Below, in pieces: positions 1 to 12,395 of a stretch of DNA of 64,000 nt (its first letter is position 1; the number at the start of each line of letters is the position of its first letter). A model generated the notes under the pieces. The model made no database searches. It worked only from the letters and a program-made list of their open reading frames with translations, and was not told the origin of the DNA. Source of the stretch: Octopus sinensis (taxonomy: Eukaryota). Position numbers and translations under genes: made by a program. The DNA lies in assembly GCF_006345805.1 (NCBI RefSeq), contig NC_043011.1, positions 31,508,464 to 31,572,463 of the forward strand, given 5' to 3'.

Positions 1-172
1 ACACACACACACACACACATATATACACATACATATACATACATACATACATTACACACATAATTTACATAGGTACACACATATACGTACGTACGTACGT
101 ACGTACGTATGTATGTATGTATGTATGTATGTATGTATGTATGTGTGTATGTATGTATGTATGTATGTATGT
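1..172. repeat. Compound microsatellite (CA)n/(TACG)n/(TATG)n
   Basis: Read directly from the sequence. Confidence 0.97.
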
Positions 173-449
173 AATACAACAATAATTACTTTACAGTATT
201 TTTCTAAATGTCAAAAACCTCTCATGTTCGTGTCTACGTGCCAGATTTTAGGAAGTAGATCTTAAAAAGTTACCATTACTGTCTTTGGTTTTCATTTTCA
301 TTCTTTTTTTTTGTTTGTTTCCTTATCCCCTTAATGTACAGTTGAGCTTATCAAATTATTAAATCATATTTCCTAGAAAACCACCAACATTAATTACAAC
401 ATGGATTATGAATAAATATATAAGCAACATTGATTTATATCCACATGTA

Positions 450-955
450 CCGTAAATCCTCGAGTATAATCCGCATTTTTTCTACAAGATTTAAAGTTCA
501 AAAATCCTAGTGCGTACTATATACGAGGTTAAAAATGAAAAATAGTTTCTAAGCAATGTCTGAGTCTCTATTTGCTATCCGGCAATGTTTATTCAGACGC
601 ATTTTGTGATGTCGGACACGAAAATACCTTAAGCTAAGTCATAAAAGAATCATCCATTATTTGCAGTAAGCAACGTTTATTAAAATAAAAGTATTCAGAA
701 CACAGAATAACATGTAACAAAAACAATTTGCAAATATATTTACATTCCCATATAACAATTAAGAACACCACCATTATTATATTACGCATGCGCGGAAGCG
801 TTTGTTCGACTAGGTGCTGCTGGCTTAATTACGCACGACTCAAGTTAGAGAAGTGGGGCGTATTATACACAAGGTTTAGGTTTTTCAGAGGTACATCTCC
901 CTAAAAATCCCCTGCGTATAATACTCAAGGGCGGACTATACTCGAGGATTTATGG
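450..955. mobile_element. Tc1/mariner-superfamily MITE (Tc2/pogo-like ends)
   Basis: 25-bp TIRs: ccgtaaatcctcgagtataatccgc (450-474) vs revcomp of 931-955, 23/25 match. Flanking TA at 448-449 and 956-957. No ORF. Confidence 0.88.
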
Positions 956-984
956 TATTTAGTCTTGTATGGATATAACTAGTA

Positions 985-1525
985 CAGTAATTCCTCACTT
1001 TACGGGGTCCCGCTTAACGATACCCCGGGTTTACAAATTTTATTTTGCTGCTCAATTTTGTATGGTGAGCTGAAATTTGTCAAGCCCAAGATCCAAATTT
1101 CGAGTGATGTACAACAGTTTCTACTACCATAACAAATGCTTCTGCATGTTACAGAGAAATTTATAGAGCGAAAGAAAAAAAAGTCTACGAGTGCTTGTGA
1201 ATCAGTGATCATATCTACAAGTGATGGTGTTCGCGAGTATAGAGCAAGTGAAAGTGATTCAGAAAACGATTATGATAATAATGTTTTTTTATAATAAATG
1301 ATCTTGACATTCTTTTTACTTTACATAAAATATTCTTGACATTCTACTATTGTTTTATTGTCATTTATTTACGAGTATTATAAATCTTATTGGCCAAAAA
1401 TTTTACTAGGAACGAATTGCGATTTATAACATTGCTAGCATGAGAAATTATTGCTCTGCTTTACGAGATTTTGCTTTACGAGCGGTCTCCGGGAACAAAT
1501 TTACTCATATATAGAGTCAATACTA
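985..1525. mobile_element. Tigger/pogo-like MITE, degenerate
   Basis: Starts TA|cagtaattcctcactttacg. Subterminal gctttacga repeats near 1455-1480. Right end (ctcatatatagagtcaatacta|TA) is a degraded inverted match. Confidence 0.55.
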
Positions 1526-1596
1526 TATATATTTATTATTTATCAATATTTATAATATATTACGAGTCTTTGCGTATATGATTGTTTGTGAGTAAA

Positions 1597-1995
1597 AGGC
1601 GTTGTTGTGATGTAAGAGGTTTGCTTCCCAACCACATGGTTTCCAGTTCGGTCTCAGTGCGTGACACCTTGGGTAAGCTGCTTCTACTATAACCTCGGGC
1701 TGACCAAATCCTTGTGAGTGGATTTGGTAGACGAAAACTGAAAAGCAGCCTGTCGTGTGTATATATATATATATATATATGTGTGTGTGAGTGTGTGTGT
1801 GCTTGCATTTGTGTCTGTCTCCTCACCACCGCTTCCGTAACCTAGCGGTTTGACAAAAGAGACCGATAGAATAAGTACCAGTTTTTTTTCTTTTTTAAAA
1901 GTACTGGGGGTCGATACATCCGACTAAAACTTCTTCAAGGCGGTGTCCCAGCATGGCCGCTGTCATATGACTGAAACAATTAAATGGTAAAAAAG
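1597..1995 (+). mobile_element. SINE family A (tRNA head, ccttgggcaagt central domain, internal TA/TG microsatellite)
   Basis: Collinear with the cleaner copies at 18011, 42574 and 33826. Confidence 0.9.
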
Positions 1996-2240
1996 AAAAA
2001 AAGGTAAGCAGTTAAGCATTTGAAGCTGTTGAATTCATTCCACTTCATACGAGAGTGGTGAAAAGTTCTTACGCTGACTATGAAGAAGAGATGCTAGAGC
2101 TGTGAAATCGTGCATGCAGTAATTTCAACTCTTCTTATTAACAAATGCATTATATCTTTCCATGTAAACTGACATCTGACTGTTCAAAGAAAACTTCAAA
2201 AGTAATTGGTATCTGCAGTAGCAGCAGCAGCAGATATGAC

Positions 2241-2560
2241 GTCATCATCACTGCGGTATTGGTTCCCAGCCAAGTGCTTTTTCATGTTGGGGAAACAGAT
2301 GATGGTCAGATGGGGTAAAATCAGGAGAATACGATGGGTGGTCAACCAGTTCAGAGTCACAGTCACGCACAGCAACCATTAAAACCAAGGGCATGTATGT
2401 TGGAGCATTGTCCTGATGAAACAAGGCTCCTTTCGTTAGTTTTCCTGGACGTTTGGTTTTGTTAGCCTTTCGTAACTACCTCAGCAAGTTGGCATAGTTA
2501 CTCTCCATTGATGAGGTTGATCGTTTGAAGATAGCCAATAAACACAATGCCTTTTGCATC
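2241..2560 (-). pseudogene. Mariner transposase C-terminal fragment
   Basis: Minus-strand translation with stops and a frameshift: DAKGIVFIGYLQ..INGE*YANLLR*LRKANKTKRPGKLTKGALFHQDNAP..HPSYSPDFTPSDHHLFP-NMKKHLAGNQYRSDD. These are the mariner HDNAP and YSPDL(A)PSD motifs. Confidence 0.9.
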
Positions 2561-3039
2561 CCTACCAAAAGGATGAAAAGGGGCAGTTGTGTAGCTGCAT
2601 TTCAATATTAGTGAGATGATATGAGTGTGATGTCATCTGCTTGTGTTGTGGGGGTAAATTGGGTAGGCATTGGTTGAAAAGAGGGATGTGAGAGAATGAA
2701 TCCTTATTGTACACTATTCGGAAAAGTATAAATGTTGCTTTTGTATACAATATGAACTAACCAACGAATCGCTACATTGTTGAGTATCCTGTTATAATTT
2801 GCAGCTAAATTGCCTTCAAAACTTACCATGCCATTTTAGAAATGGACGCATATACATGGGGAAAAGTAGTGGTGAATAGGATATGCCACGAGTAAATAAA
2901 TACATAAATAAATAAGACAAAATAATCATGGCTTGGTTACCGATCGAACGATGGTGGTTCGTCACAACGATATTTGTTTCAACTCAAATAAATGTCATCA
3001 GTCAGAAACGGAAACAAAGACTGCGCGAAAGCAAATAAT

Positions 3040-3222
3040 AACAATTTTGGCACAAAGCCACTAGGTTTGAGGGTGAGAGGATGAAAGGTTAAGTTGATCC
3101 CGGCAAAATTTGAACTCAGAACGTAATGAATCGGAAGAAATATCTGTAGGCGTTTTGCCCGATGCGTTAACGATTTTGCTACCCCACTTCCGCCACCACG
3201 ATTCTGCCAGCTCGCCACCTTC
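3040..3222 (-). mobile_element. SINE family C, internally deleted fragment
   Basis: Revcomp head ggcgagctggcagaatcg, then ttacgttctgagttcaaatt, and the ttgtgccaaaatt tail. Confidence 0.75.
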
Positions 3223-6118
3223 ACAACAACAACAACAACAACAATAACAATCCTTTCTTTATTGGCCACAGGGGCCGCACACAGAAACAAAGGCCGATAC
3301 AACTCAAAAGAAAGTGGGGATTTATATATAGTGCGTGTAAGGAGTAAAATCAATAACAATTGACAATAACAATTCGAATAATAAAATTCCCCAAAAGCAG
3401 GAAGTTCCAGCCAGGGGCGACCAAGGAACCCCACACATCACGGACATCCCGAACGCCACAGCCACCTCGGACGGAGACCCCTCTCCTCTCTCTTCTCTTC
3501 GGCCTACAGGCGCATGCTCAGAGTAGGTCCATTCACACAGGCCATCCTTTCTATATTCACACACCTTTCAACAAAATAACACTGGATGGAAGCACTTCCT
3601 TCTCCACCCTCACTTTCTTTTTTCAAGTGGATCTTGAAAAAGTTGATGAGGGCTTGATCGAAGCTGAAAGTATTTGTTTTCAGTTCTTTCAACCTCACCT
3701 ATCACACTCCCCCTTTCGCCATAGCCACCAGACAGAGGAAAACTACCTTCCCTTCTCGGCCAAAAGAAGGCGGCGGGGCAATCCTTACGATGGATTCGGC
3801 TGATAACTGGACCAGTCCTACACGTGTAAACAGCTATTTGACAGAGCTCCACAAGTCGGCAATGCTCTGACGCTGGACGAGTGTATGCAGAACGGTTTCA
3901 TCACCCTGCGAAGCGAACATCTCGGATATGTCCTTCTCACAAGCCTATCGAGCTTGTTTTGAACCGGGAGAGATCCCTGATAACACTGTCAGGTCTGGGA
4001 TTTCTGGAAACTATCCGTAAACCCTGGCTCGAAAGCCCTCCGAAAAAGACCAGCTAATTGATACTTCCCGTCACCTAGAATTTCCCCGAGGACGTCGTCG
4101 ATCGTGTCCGCCATTAATCTCCTATAGAACTCCAATGTGGAACTTCCACTGATTCGTTACCCGAGTGACAGAACGCTGTGAACGTTACTGACACTTCAGG
4201 CGCCAAGTGCCCTTTCTCAGTATTCGCTTGGTCTAGGACTGTCGCTCCGTCAATGTGACGAGCTGCGGAAAATCTTGTCTGACAAACCTGCGACCACAGC
4301 TGCTCACCACCAAGGAAATGCTGGTGATGCCACAGTCTCAACGCAACCAATATCCACGGCAGGAGATGGACCGTCTGCCGAGCGGAACACGTCCTTTCAA
4401 CAGAAAACAGAACAAACGCTCCAGCCACAAAGCAGAGCAAGGGATGATTGTCAGGCGGTAATAGATGACGGGAGTGATGTACGCATTCTACACCTCCACC
4501 CGACCCTTCAGGGACACTTTTCGCTCTGCCCATTTCTGGGTGAGATTGGCCACCTTCTCGTCACCTGTCCCCAGTCCTTGTCCACCTGGAAGTCTGGACC
4601 AAAACAGATCCCTAACAATTTAACATTTGCTTCGGTCCAGCGCCCTATGACGCTGTTGGACTGCATGAACTTACCTCTCCAGGTGCCGAACTGCAGGACC
4701 ACTGACTTCTGGTTAACCTTTGTTCCTGTCGCCGTTCCGGACTCCCTTAAGGCAGTGCCTATCAACTCAGTTTCCGAAATATCCGACACTGACATATGAA
4801 AATAAAGCTCAAAGAGCAGATTATTCAGCCCCAGAGACTTCTCCCTTGTGCATCTGGTCATCGCATCCCGTTTGTCTTCAGCTGTCATCGGCATTTCGCA
4901 GAATTTTGCATCCCTGGCCGAAAGGCGCGACATGCCCAAGAGGTAAGAGGTAAAAATCCACCCTCATCTCCGACTCAACGCGCGCTTCGGAGAGATCGGC
5001 AAAGTGTCGCTGAAATTCTGCATTTATTTGCTTGGATTCGAGTAGCATGACCCCGTTCCGTCCCGTCAAAGACCGAATCGTGACTTTGTTGCCACCCGGG
5101 TCCATCGAACGGCTTTCATTCTCTCGTGTCTAAGCGCACGTGCCCAAGATCTCACAATGCAACCTCCGTGGCCTGGGGTCGCTCTGGAGGCAAGGTCGCC
5201 AGCTCGTCGGTCGCTATGGCACTTTTAAGCGCCTCTTATAGCTTTCTAACTAAATCTACCTCTATCCTAGATTTCTCTGATACTATTTCTTTACTAAACT
5301 CTATTGTCTCTACTCTAATAGCCTTTTCCCTGGTCATCCACCATCGGTTGTTGATGATTGCGCGCGACAACTTCCGATGGACTAACTTGCTAACCTGGTC
5401 TCTGAAAGAATGACACGCGGGACGACAAAGAGATGTATAGACCGCAAAATCATCAAAAATAGGCCCTAGATCGTGTGTATCGGAAATCCTGGTTTCGCTG
5501 GCGACCGTCACATCCATAGCTGGATGTAGTTGAGTCGGCGACCTTGCTTCCAGAGCGATCCCAGGACACGAATATTTATACAAACTATCCTTTAATCCAC
5601 TATGATGACCAGAAAGAGTTTGGAGAAGAAACAGAGGGGTGGGGAGGTCTACTTTCTCACTGGGTGTCGCTGAGTGTTCAACATCCATAACTTGTTGGGG
5701 GTTCTTTTGGGAACCTCTTTAAAAGCCTAGTTGTGTCTTTTACTATAGGGAATCCCACATCGTGAGGGAAACTTTCCCTAATGTTTTTATACGTTTCCAG
5801 AGGCTTTTGCACCATCATCTGTGTTTCTGGCACTTGAATGGCGCTGGTGCCGAAGATCTCACCCTTTCTCTCGATGTCCTTCTTTCGTGCTATGAGAGTT
5901 ATCAATTCTTTGTTGGCCCTCCTCTCTCGCACGAAGTTTTTGCGCTTGTGTAGTTGATTGTTGCTGTTAGGAGCGTTTTCCTTTTGAGTTGTGGAAGTTG
6001 TGGTAGTGTTTGGGGTATCTATTGTGATAGAGATAGATGTGTTGACGATTGTGGTGCTCGGGAGTTGGTGATGCTGAAGGTATATCTGTGGCTGTGGTGG
6101 GTGTATTTTCAATGCTTT
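3223..6118 (-). mobile_element. L1/Tx1-type LINE copy I, multiply internally deleted, 3' end intact
   Basis: Minus-strand order: Thr-rich ORF1-like piece; EN start (MDVTVASETRIS) joined to EN end (SFRDQV..IINNRWW); linker; RT start (KSLGLNNLLFELY) joined to post-YADD region (VSDISETELIG..QFGTWRG..VKLLGICFGPD); C-terminus (LINFFKIHLKK); aataaa; (TTG)n tail. Confidence 0.85.
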
Positions 6119-6217
6119 TTTGCTGAGATTAGCCACCTTGCTCGTTATCTCGTTCCAGTTCTTCTCCAACCGGAGAACTGGACCAAGCCAAGCCCCAAGC
6201 ATTTCAGCCCGTCCTTC

Positions 6218-6418
6218 CGCCGTTCAAGAAGTTGGATCTGGAGATCTCCATTTCCAGCAACTTCGAGGGCCACCTCCCAGTGGTGTCGGGCGTCAACGAA
6301 GAGCCCTCGGCTACAAGACGACCAAAGTTTTTTTTTTCCAAGGACTGGGGTTTCCCGCCCCTAAGCCCTAGACCATCACCTAATCACTCTTACCCGTCTT
6401 GTTGCTTAACAACAACAA
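6218..6418 (+). mobile_element. Short 5'-truncated retroposed insert of unknown origin
   Basis: Interrupts the RT frame between HWNEG and KMLGAW. Flanked by a 13-bp direct repeat cagcccRtccttc (6205-6217 and 6419-6431, 12/13). Ends in (AAC)n. Confidence 0.7.
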
Positions 6419-8661
6419 CAGCCCATCCTTCATTCCAGTGTTCCACAACGTTATTGGACGGCATGGATCTGTCTCTCCAGGTCCCGAGCTGTAGGCCCAT
6501 TGACTTTTCTTGATTAATTCTTGCTTCTGTCACCACCTCACATTCTTTTAGTGGAGTGCCGATCAGGTCTATGTGCTTGATGTCTGACACTATGACGGTG
6601 ATACAGTCTCCGCATCGATTCAGATCTCCCACGTCCTAGCTCGCACAGGATGTCTCTCAACGTCTCCAATTTACGCAGAAGTGACTCTGGAGTCAGTACA
6701 TACAAAAGAGATAAGACGAGACAAACTTGGCAGACCGAGCGGATGATGCTGAATGGTTCTTGTAGGTAATTATTTACTCGAGCTACCTAACATATGTTGC
6801 TGTACATTGCTGCAATCCAACCACGGAAAATGGGATCAAAACTAGCCGCCGAGAGGAGGGTCGCCAAGTACTGGGGGTCGACCCTATCAAAAGATTTTTT
6901 TAAGATCCAAATTGATCAAGACACCACCTATGCCAGGTTCTTTAGCTACCCTGTGTTTCATGTATCGCATAAGGTTGAGGTTGTCATGGATAGATCTGCT
7001 TGGGATGGCACACGTTTACGCATCACCAATCAGTTCCTCAACAACAAGCGCCAACCTCTTTGCTAAAGCAATGGCTAAAATTTTGAAATTTGCGTTTAGT
7101 AGAATAATGGGATTAATATTTTCTATTTGATCCTCCTTGTTTGGGTTCTTTCCAAGCAGTGCCACCACTCCTCGACTCCAATAACTTAGAATTCTCCTGT
7201 TCCGCTGCCAGTTGCAGTAGCTATCTGCTAAGTGGCTTCCAAACAAGTCCGTCGTATAAAAGTAAAGCTTTTAAGGCAGACCATCCAAACCAGGCGATTT
7301 GAACACCATACAGCTAATCATTGCATCTAGTATTTCTGCGGCTATTATTACCCTTTCGCAGCGGTTCGCTTCCCTTGCTGAAATTCGAGGCATGCTGCCA
7401 AGGTAGGCACTGAAGTCCATATTTCGTTCTGGTCTACTATTTGTCCCAAACAGTTGAGTGAATTATTGCTGAAACGCCGCACTCATCTGCTCGGGAGAGT
7501 AACATGCACACATTTTCGTCTACCAAAGATTGTATTGTGACTTTGTTGCCACGCTGCGCCCCCGAAACTCGGGCTCATCGAGAGGATTTCGTACTCACGT
7601 GTCGTAGAGCAGTTGCTGTAACTCTGACCACGCAACCTTCGTGTTTAGAGTTGAAGAATTAGTCAAGGGCTAATCCTGCTGCGTGTACATCGATTGCGAT
7701 ATCTTTCCTAAGCACCTTTTCTAAGTTCCCAACTAAGTTTCCTTCCATTCTATTTCTTTCTATCGTTAATGTTTTACTAAACCTAATTGATTCTACTCTA
7801 ATTGCCCTTTATAGTGCAAACCACCATTTATTCTTGACGATTGACTCGGTTAACACTCATTGAACTAATTCGTTACTCTGGTCTCTGTAAGCTTGGCATA
7901 TCGGGAGTGACAAACTCCCTGCCTTCTAAGCCTATCTAGGTCGACCGTACAGACCACAAATTTGAGGTCTGTGTCGCCGGTGATTTTGAAGAATGGACAA
8001 ATTAAGCTATCCTTATCTATTGGCCCACAAAAACTATCTAGATACAACCTAAATGACCCAATGCGGTTGGTCCACATCTGTTTGGTATATTCAAGATATC
8101 CTGTCGGTACCTTGTCAGACAGTTGGAAGTCTGTGAGCAGGTTTGCAAGGCTCTTGTACTCTCCTCTTCTAACAGCTACCGCCACACAATCTAAACGTGC
8201 ATCCAAGATGGCGTTCCAGTTGCTCACTAGTACAAAAAGTTGAGATGTTCCCAGGAAACCTCCAGATGTCTGAAGAAACCCTGCTGGCCTGTTCCTTTCG
8301 GTGCATAAACAGCCATTAATCTGAAAGCACACCCGTCGCTACTGCTCCCATCCAGGACCACCAACTTACCCACTGGATCCAGAAAGATGGCTCTTATCTT
8401 GAGATCCAGACTTCTCCGGAACAATATCGCAGTTCTACCCCCACTTTCTCGGTTGACATGGAGATAAGTAAATCTCGTATCCACCAAAAATAAGTATGGC
8501 TCATAGATCGGAAAGTCTGGGTTTGCTGATAGCCACAACGTCTATACTTAGATGATATTGTTGGTGATATGCTGGTTCTTGAGGTTAGCGTTTCTTTTGT
8601 TGTTGCTTCCAACGTTGATGTTTTTGCGACATTGTTGCCGTTGCTTTGGTGGTTACTGGTT

Positions 8662-8992
8662 AAAAAAAAAAGACTCCGCCGGTTACGACGACGAGGGTCC
8701 CAGCTGATACGATCAACGGAACAGCTTGCTCGTGAAATTAACGTGCAAATGGCTGAGCATTCCACAGACACGTGTACCCTTAACGTAGTTCTCGGGGATA
8801 ATCAGCGTGACACAGAGAGTGACAAGGCTGACCCTTTGAAATACAAGTACAACTCATTTTTGCCAGCTGAGTGGACTGGAGCAACGTGAAATAAAGTGTC
8901 TTGCTCAAGGACACAACGCGTCGCCGGGAATCGAACTCACAACCTTACGATCATGAACCGAATGCCCTAACCACTAAGCCACGCGCCCTCAC
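8662..8992 (-). mobile_element. SINE family B variant nested in LINE copy II
   Basis: tRNA A box (tggcttagtgg) and B box (gttcgattcc), gctccagtccactcagctg domain. 12-bp TSD tggttactggtt at 8650-8661 and 8993-9004. Confidence 0.92.
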
Positions 8993-9105
8993 TGGTTACT
9001 GGTTACAGAAATTGCCGTTGCAGTTGCTGATCTTGTTAGAGCTTCATTCTGCCGTTGATGTTGCTCCTGATTTCCTTTGTGTTGCTGCTTCTATGAGGGT
9101 GGTGT

Positions 9106-9220
<115 letters not shown>

Positions 9221-9297
9221 GAGTAAAACCCTTAGTCACCACACAAGTCGCAATTTGACATTCTGTCCTCAACGGTCACATAGTTGTGAGCGGTCTG

Positions 9298-9298
9298 C

Positions 9299-9330
<32 letters not shown>

Positions 9331-9352
9331 CTGATTGACTGATTGATTGATT
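9298..9352. repeat. (GATT)n microsatellite
   Basis: Read directly from the sequence. Confidence 0.95.
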
Positions 9353-9484
9353 AGGTCTGGTACCATCGTCATAAGCAGATTATCGGCCTGGATAAGTATT
9401 CATTTCTAAGCCTTGACCTGACCAATTCTGTTTCTGCAGCCTCTATATTCGCAGAATGCTGGTCTTTACTTCTGAATCAAAGCG

Positions 9485-9735
9485 GAGGCACGTGGCTTCA
9501 TGGTTAGGGTGTTGAACTCATCATCGTAAGATTGCGGTTTCGATTCCTGGACCAGGCGATGCGTTGTGTTCTTGAGCAAAGCACTTCATTTCATGTTGCA
9601 CCAGCCCACTCAGCTGGTAAATATAAGTACTCCTGCAACGGACCGGCGTCCCGTCCAGGTGGAGAATATATACGCTACAGAAACGGGGAAACCGGCCCTT
9701 AATGAAGTGGCATGACCCGAGAAGGGAAACTTGAT
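9485..9735 (+). mobile_element. SINE family B
   Basis: A/B boxes, tgtgttcttgagcaaa..ccactcagctgg central domain, gcatgacccgagaagg tail. Confidence 0.9.
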
Positions 9736-10051
9736 TTTACTTTACTTCTACACCGAAGACAACTATCGCCATCAGCCAGAACTTGTTGATTTCTGGGGGA
9801 GATGTCAACTATTTCGATTTTGACAACTCTTCGGCCAAGGTAGAGAGGTATGAGCGCCAGTTCTTAATTTTTCAGCATTGTCATTGAATGTCTTATTGCC
9901 TCCGTCTTTCGTAGGGAATCTCACATTTACCGTACCATACTTTCTACCCCCTGGCGACGTAACGTTTAATATTCCAGACTGGTTTTAGACATTTTCCTGT
10001 CATTTTGTGTTACCTATTCTAATTTCCTTGTTTTCATACAAATTGTTCTGT

Positions 10052-10475
10052 AAGCATTTGTCTTATGAAGAAAGGCTGAAGATGCTCGACCTTTTTATTC
10101 TCTCGAAAAACGACGACGCCATGGTGATCTCATTCTCGCTCACAACATCATAAGCGGAAAGTGTAACCTCTCAAAAGAGCTGTTCTTCACTCCTGCTCCA
10201 GATCGTGGGCTGCGGGGTCACTCCGAAAAGCTCTATCTACGACGATTTCATCTCAATCGAAGGAGAGGGGCTTTCTCCGTCTGGGTTGCAGATCCGTGGA
10301 ATAAGCTGCCGGACGAGATAGTGAAGACGCCGACGACCGCTCGGTTCAAAGTCTGTCTTGACCAGAAATGGCCTGAACTCTTTGTATGACCACTCTCCCT
10401 GTACATGACTCCCTGTCCCCCTACATGGCCTTGCTTTTGCTTTTTGAGCCAATAAAAACTGAATTGAAAAAATTG
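10052..10475 (+). mobile_element. CR1-clade LINE, 5'-truncated 3' end
   Basis: KHLSYEERLKMLDL-SLEKRRRHGDLILAHNII..LRGHSEKL..RRGAFSVWVADPWNKLPDEIV..FKVCLD* is the characteristic CR1 ORF2 C-terminus. Short 3'UTR with aataaa. Confidence 0.9.
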
Positions 10476-11120
10476 AAAGTAATCATTTTGAAGTTTGACT
10501 CCTGTTAGATAGAGAACAGGATTGTTAACTTTATATCTTCCTTGTTTCGTCAACATGTGTTTTGCCTGCTTTAACTTGTCCGCTGGAATAGTAATTTCTT
10601 TTTGCATTCGGCGGACATTATTAGCAAAGGCAGTGCCGAGTGGGTTGCCTGTTGTGGTGGCGGCGGCGGAGGTGGAAAATGTTGGCGTATTGGTCGGACG
10701 ATTAAAAATTTTTATGTAGTTTCCATGTTTGTTATTTCCGGTGAGGTTTCTCATTTGTCTTGTTACTGTTGCTAGTTTTGTTGTTGTAACTGGCTGTGAC
10801 AGTAATGGTGGTACTGATGGCGCTGGTTGAGCCAGCGGCGGGAAAACTGCATAAACAATTTCGTTGTTTGTCGAAGAATTCGACGCCATGATTTGTTTCA
10901 AATATGGTCAATTTGAAAATGAAAAACAATGTTAGATTCGGAAAAACTAAAATTGAACGAAGCTAATTTCATAAAAATTTGTTAGCTAGCTTATAAAAAT
11001 ATAATTCAACGAAGTATAGGAATAAACGTGTGAAACAACCAGAATTTTCAAAAATACTCGCATCGTCTCTTTTCAAATGTTAATATATTACTTAATTTGC
11101 TGAAATTATAAGGAGATATA

Positions 11121-11374
11121 ATAAATAATAATAAATGCACCCCTTTAAAGCCTAGCCAGGCTCATGGGCTCGGTTTCCTGGTTTCAATGGCGTATATATT
11201 CCCCAGCTAGTCCATCGCAGCGTTACTCATTTTTGCCAGCTGAGTGGACTAGAACAACGTGAAATGAAGTGTTTTGCTCAAGAACACAACGCATCGCCCG
11301 GTCCAGGAATCGAAACCACAATCTAACGATCATGTTGATGACACCCTAACCACTAAGCCACGCGCCTCCACATG
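11121..11374 (-). mobile_element. SINE family B (ggctaggctttaaa tail)
   Basis: A/B boxes and central domain. 10-bp TSD aggagatata at 11111-11120 and 11375-11384. Confidence 0.92.
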
Positions 11375-11562
11375 AGGAGATATACTTTAAACAAATCAAA
11401 AACAAACATGATGTGGTGTTCGTTAGTTTGAAGAAATAAGAATCATACAGAAGGAAATAAATGACAGTCATTATTGAAACAGTCATAAATGAGATTAAAG
11501 AATCCAAATGACCCAAGATTATCTTAACTACCAAGAGTAGGTACTCTGTCTAAGCTTTCCTT

Positions 11563-11820
11563 GTGGAGACGCGTGGCTTAGTGGTTAGGGTGTTGGACTC
11601 ATGATCATAAGATTGTGGTTTCGATTCCTGGGCCAGGCGATGCGTTATGTTCTTGAGCAAAACACTTCATTTTACATTACTCCAGTCCACCCAGCTGGCA
11701 AAATTGAGAAATCCTGTTACAGACCGACGTTCCGTCCAAGTGAGGAATATTTACGCCATGGAAACCTGGAAACCGTCCCTTATGTGTGGGCATGACACGA
11801 GAAGGAAACCTTACCTTTTT
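11563..11820 (+). mobile_element. SINE family B
   Basis: Collinear with 9485-9735. Confidence 0.9.
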
Positions 11821-12395
11821 GCCTAAGCTGTACTGCTAGCCGCTAGCCTAGAGATGCTTGTTAAGAATAGACCAATTCTTCTGGACGATACTCTCACTCT
11901 CACCCACGTTTCAAAAAATTTACTGGAGAGGAGTATCTCTCAGTCTATTTCCCATTTCTTCTCCAAACAGAAAGTGAAGAAGTTGACGTAAGCTTTGCGG
12001 AAAAGAAAAGTGTCTGTTCTCAAGTACTTTCAGTCTTGTTCGTCATAGTCATAGGAAAACTGCCTGTCAATGGAAGACAGCACCGTGCATTTGGGTGATC
12101 ACCGAGTTTGTCTCGCACGCTATAGTAGCTATTCCAACAAAGCTCCAAAAGTCAGTAATGCTCAATAAGCGAACGAGTGCGAACAGAATGGCTTTCTAGT
12201 TCTACACACTTCTTGAACACGCCTGATTCTCACAGGGCTACCATACTTGTAGAACCGGTGATGCTTACTGGTAGCAGTGCCGGACAAAGGATTTATTGGA
12301 ATTATCCATAAGCTCCTGGCTGCAAGTGTTCCTACACAAGTTGTTTAGTTGATTGTCGTCGATGCCCAGAAGCTCTTGAGTATGTCGTTATTCTT

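Larger units (their letters stand above)
9353..11100 (-). mobile_element. Probable L1/Tx1-type LINE 5' portion (5'UTR plus ORF1), interrupted by a CR1 and a SINE
   Basis: Coding-like frame MASNSSTNNEIVYAVFPP..KLQN (10901-10476). Appears to resume left of the CR1 (KYGTVNVRFPT..LIPLYLGRRVVKIEI..FWLMAIVVFG) and left of the SINE (RLQKQNWSGQGLE). Thr-rich like the ORF1 pieces of copies I and II. Confidence 0.5.
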
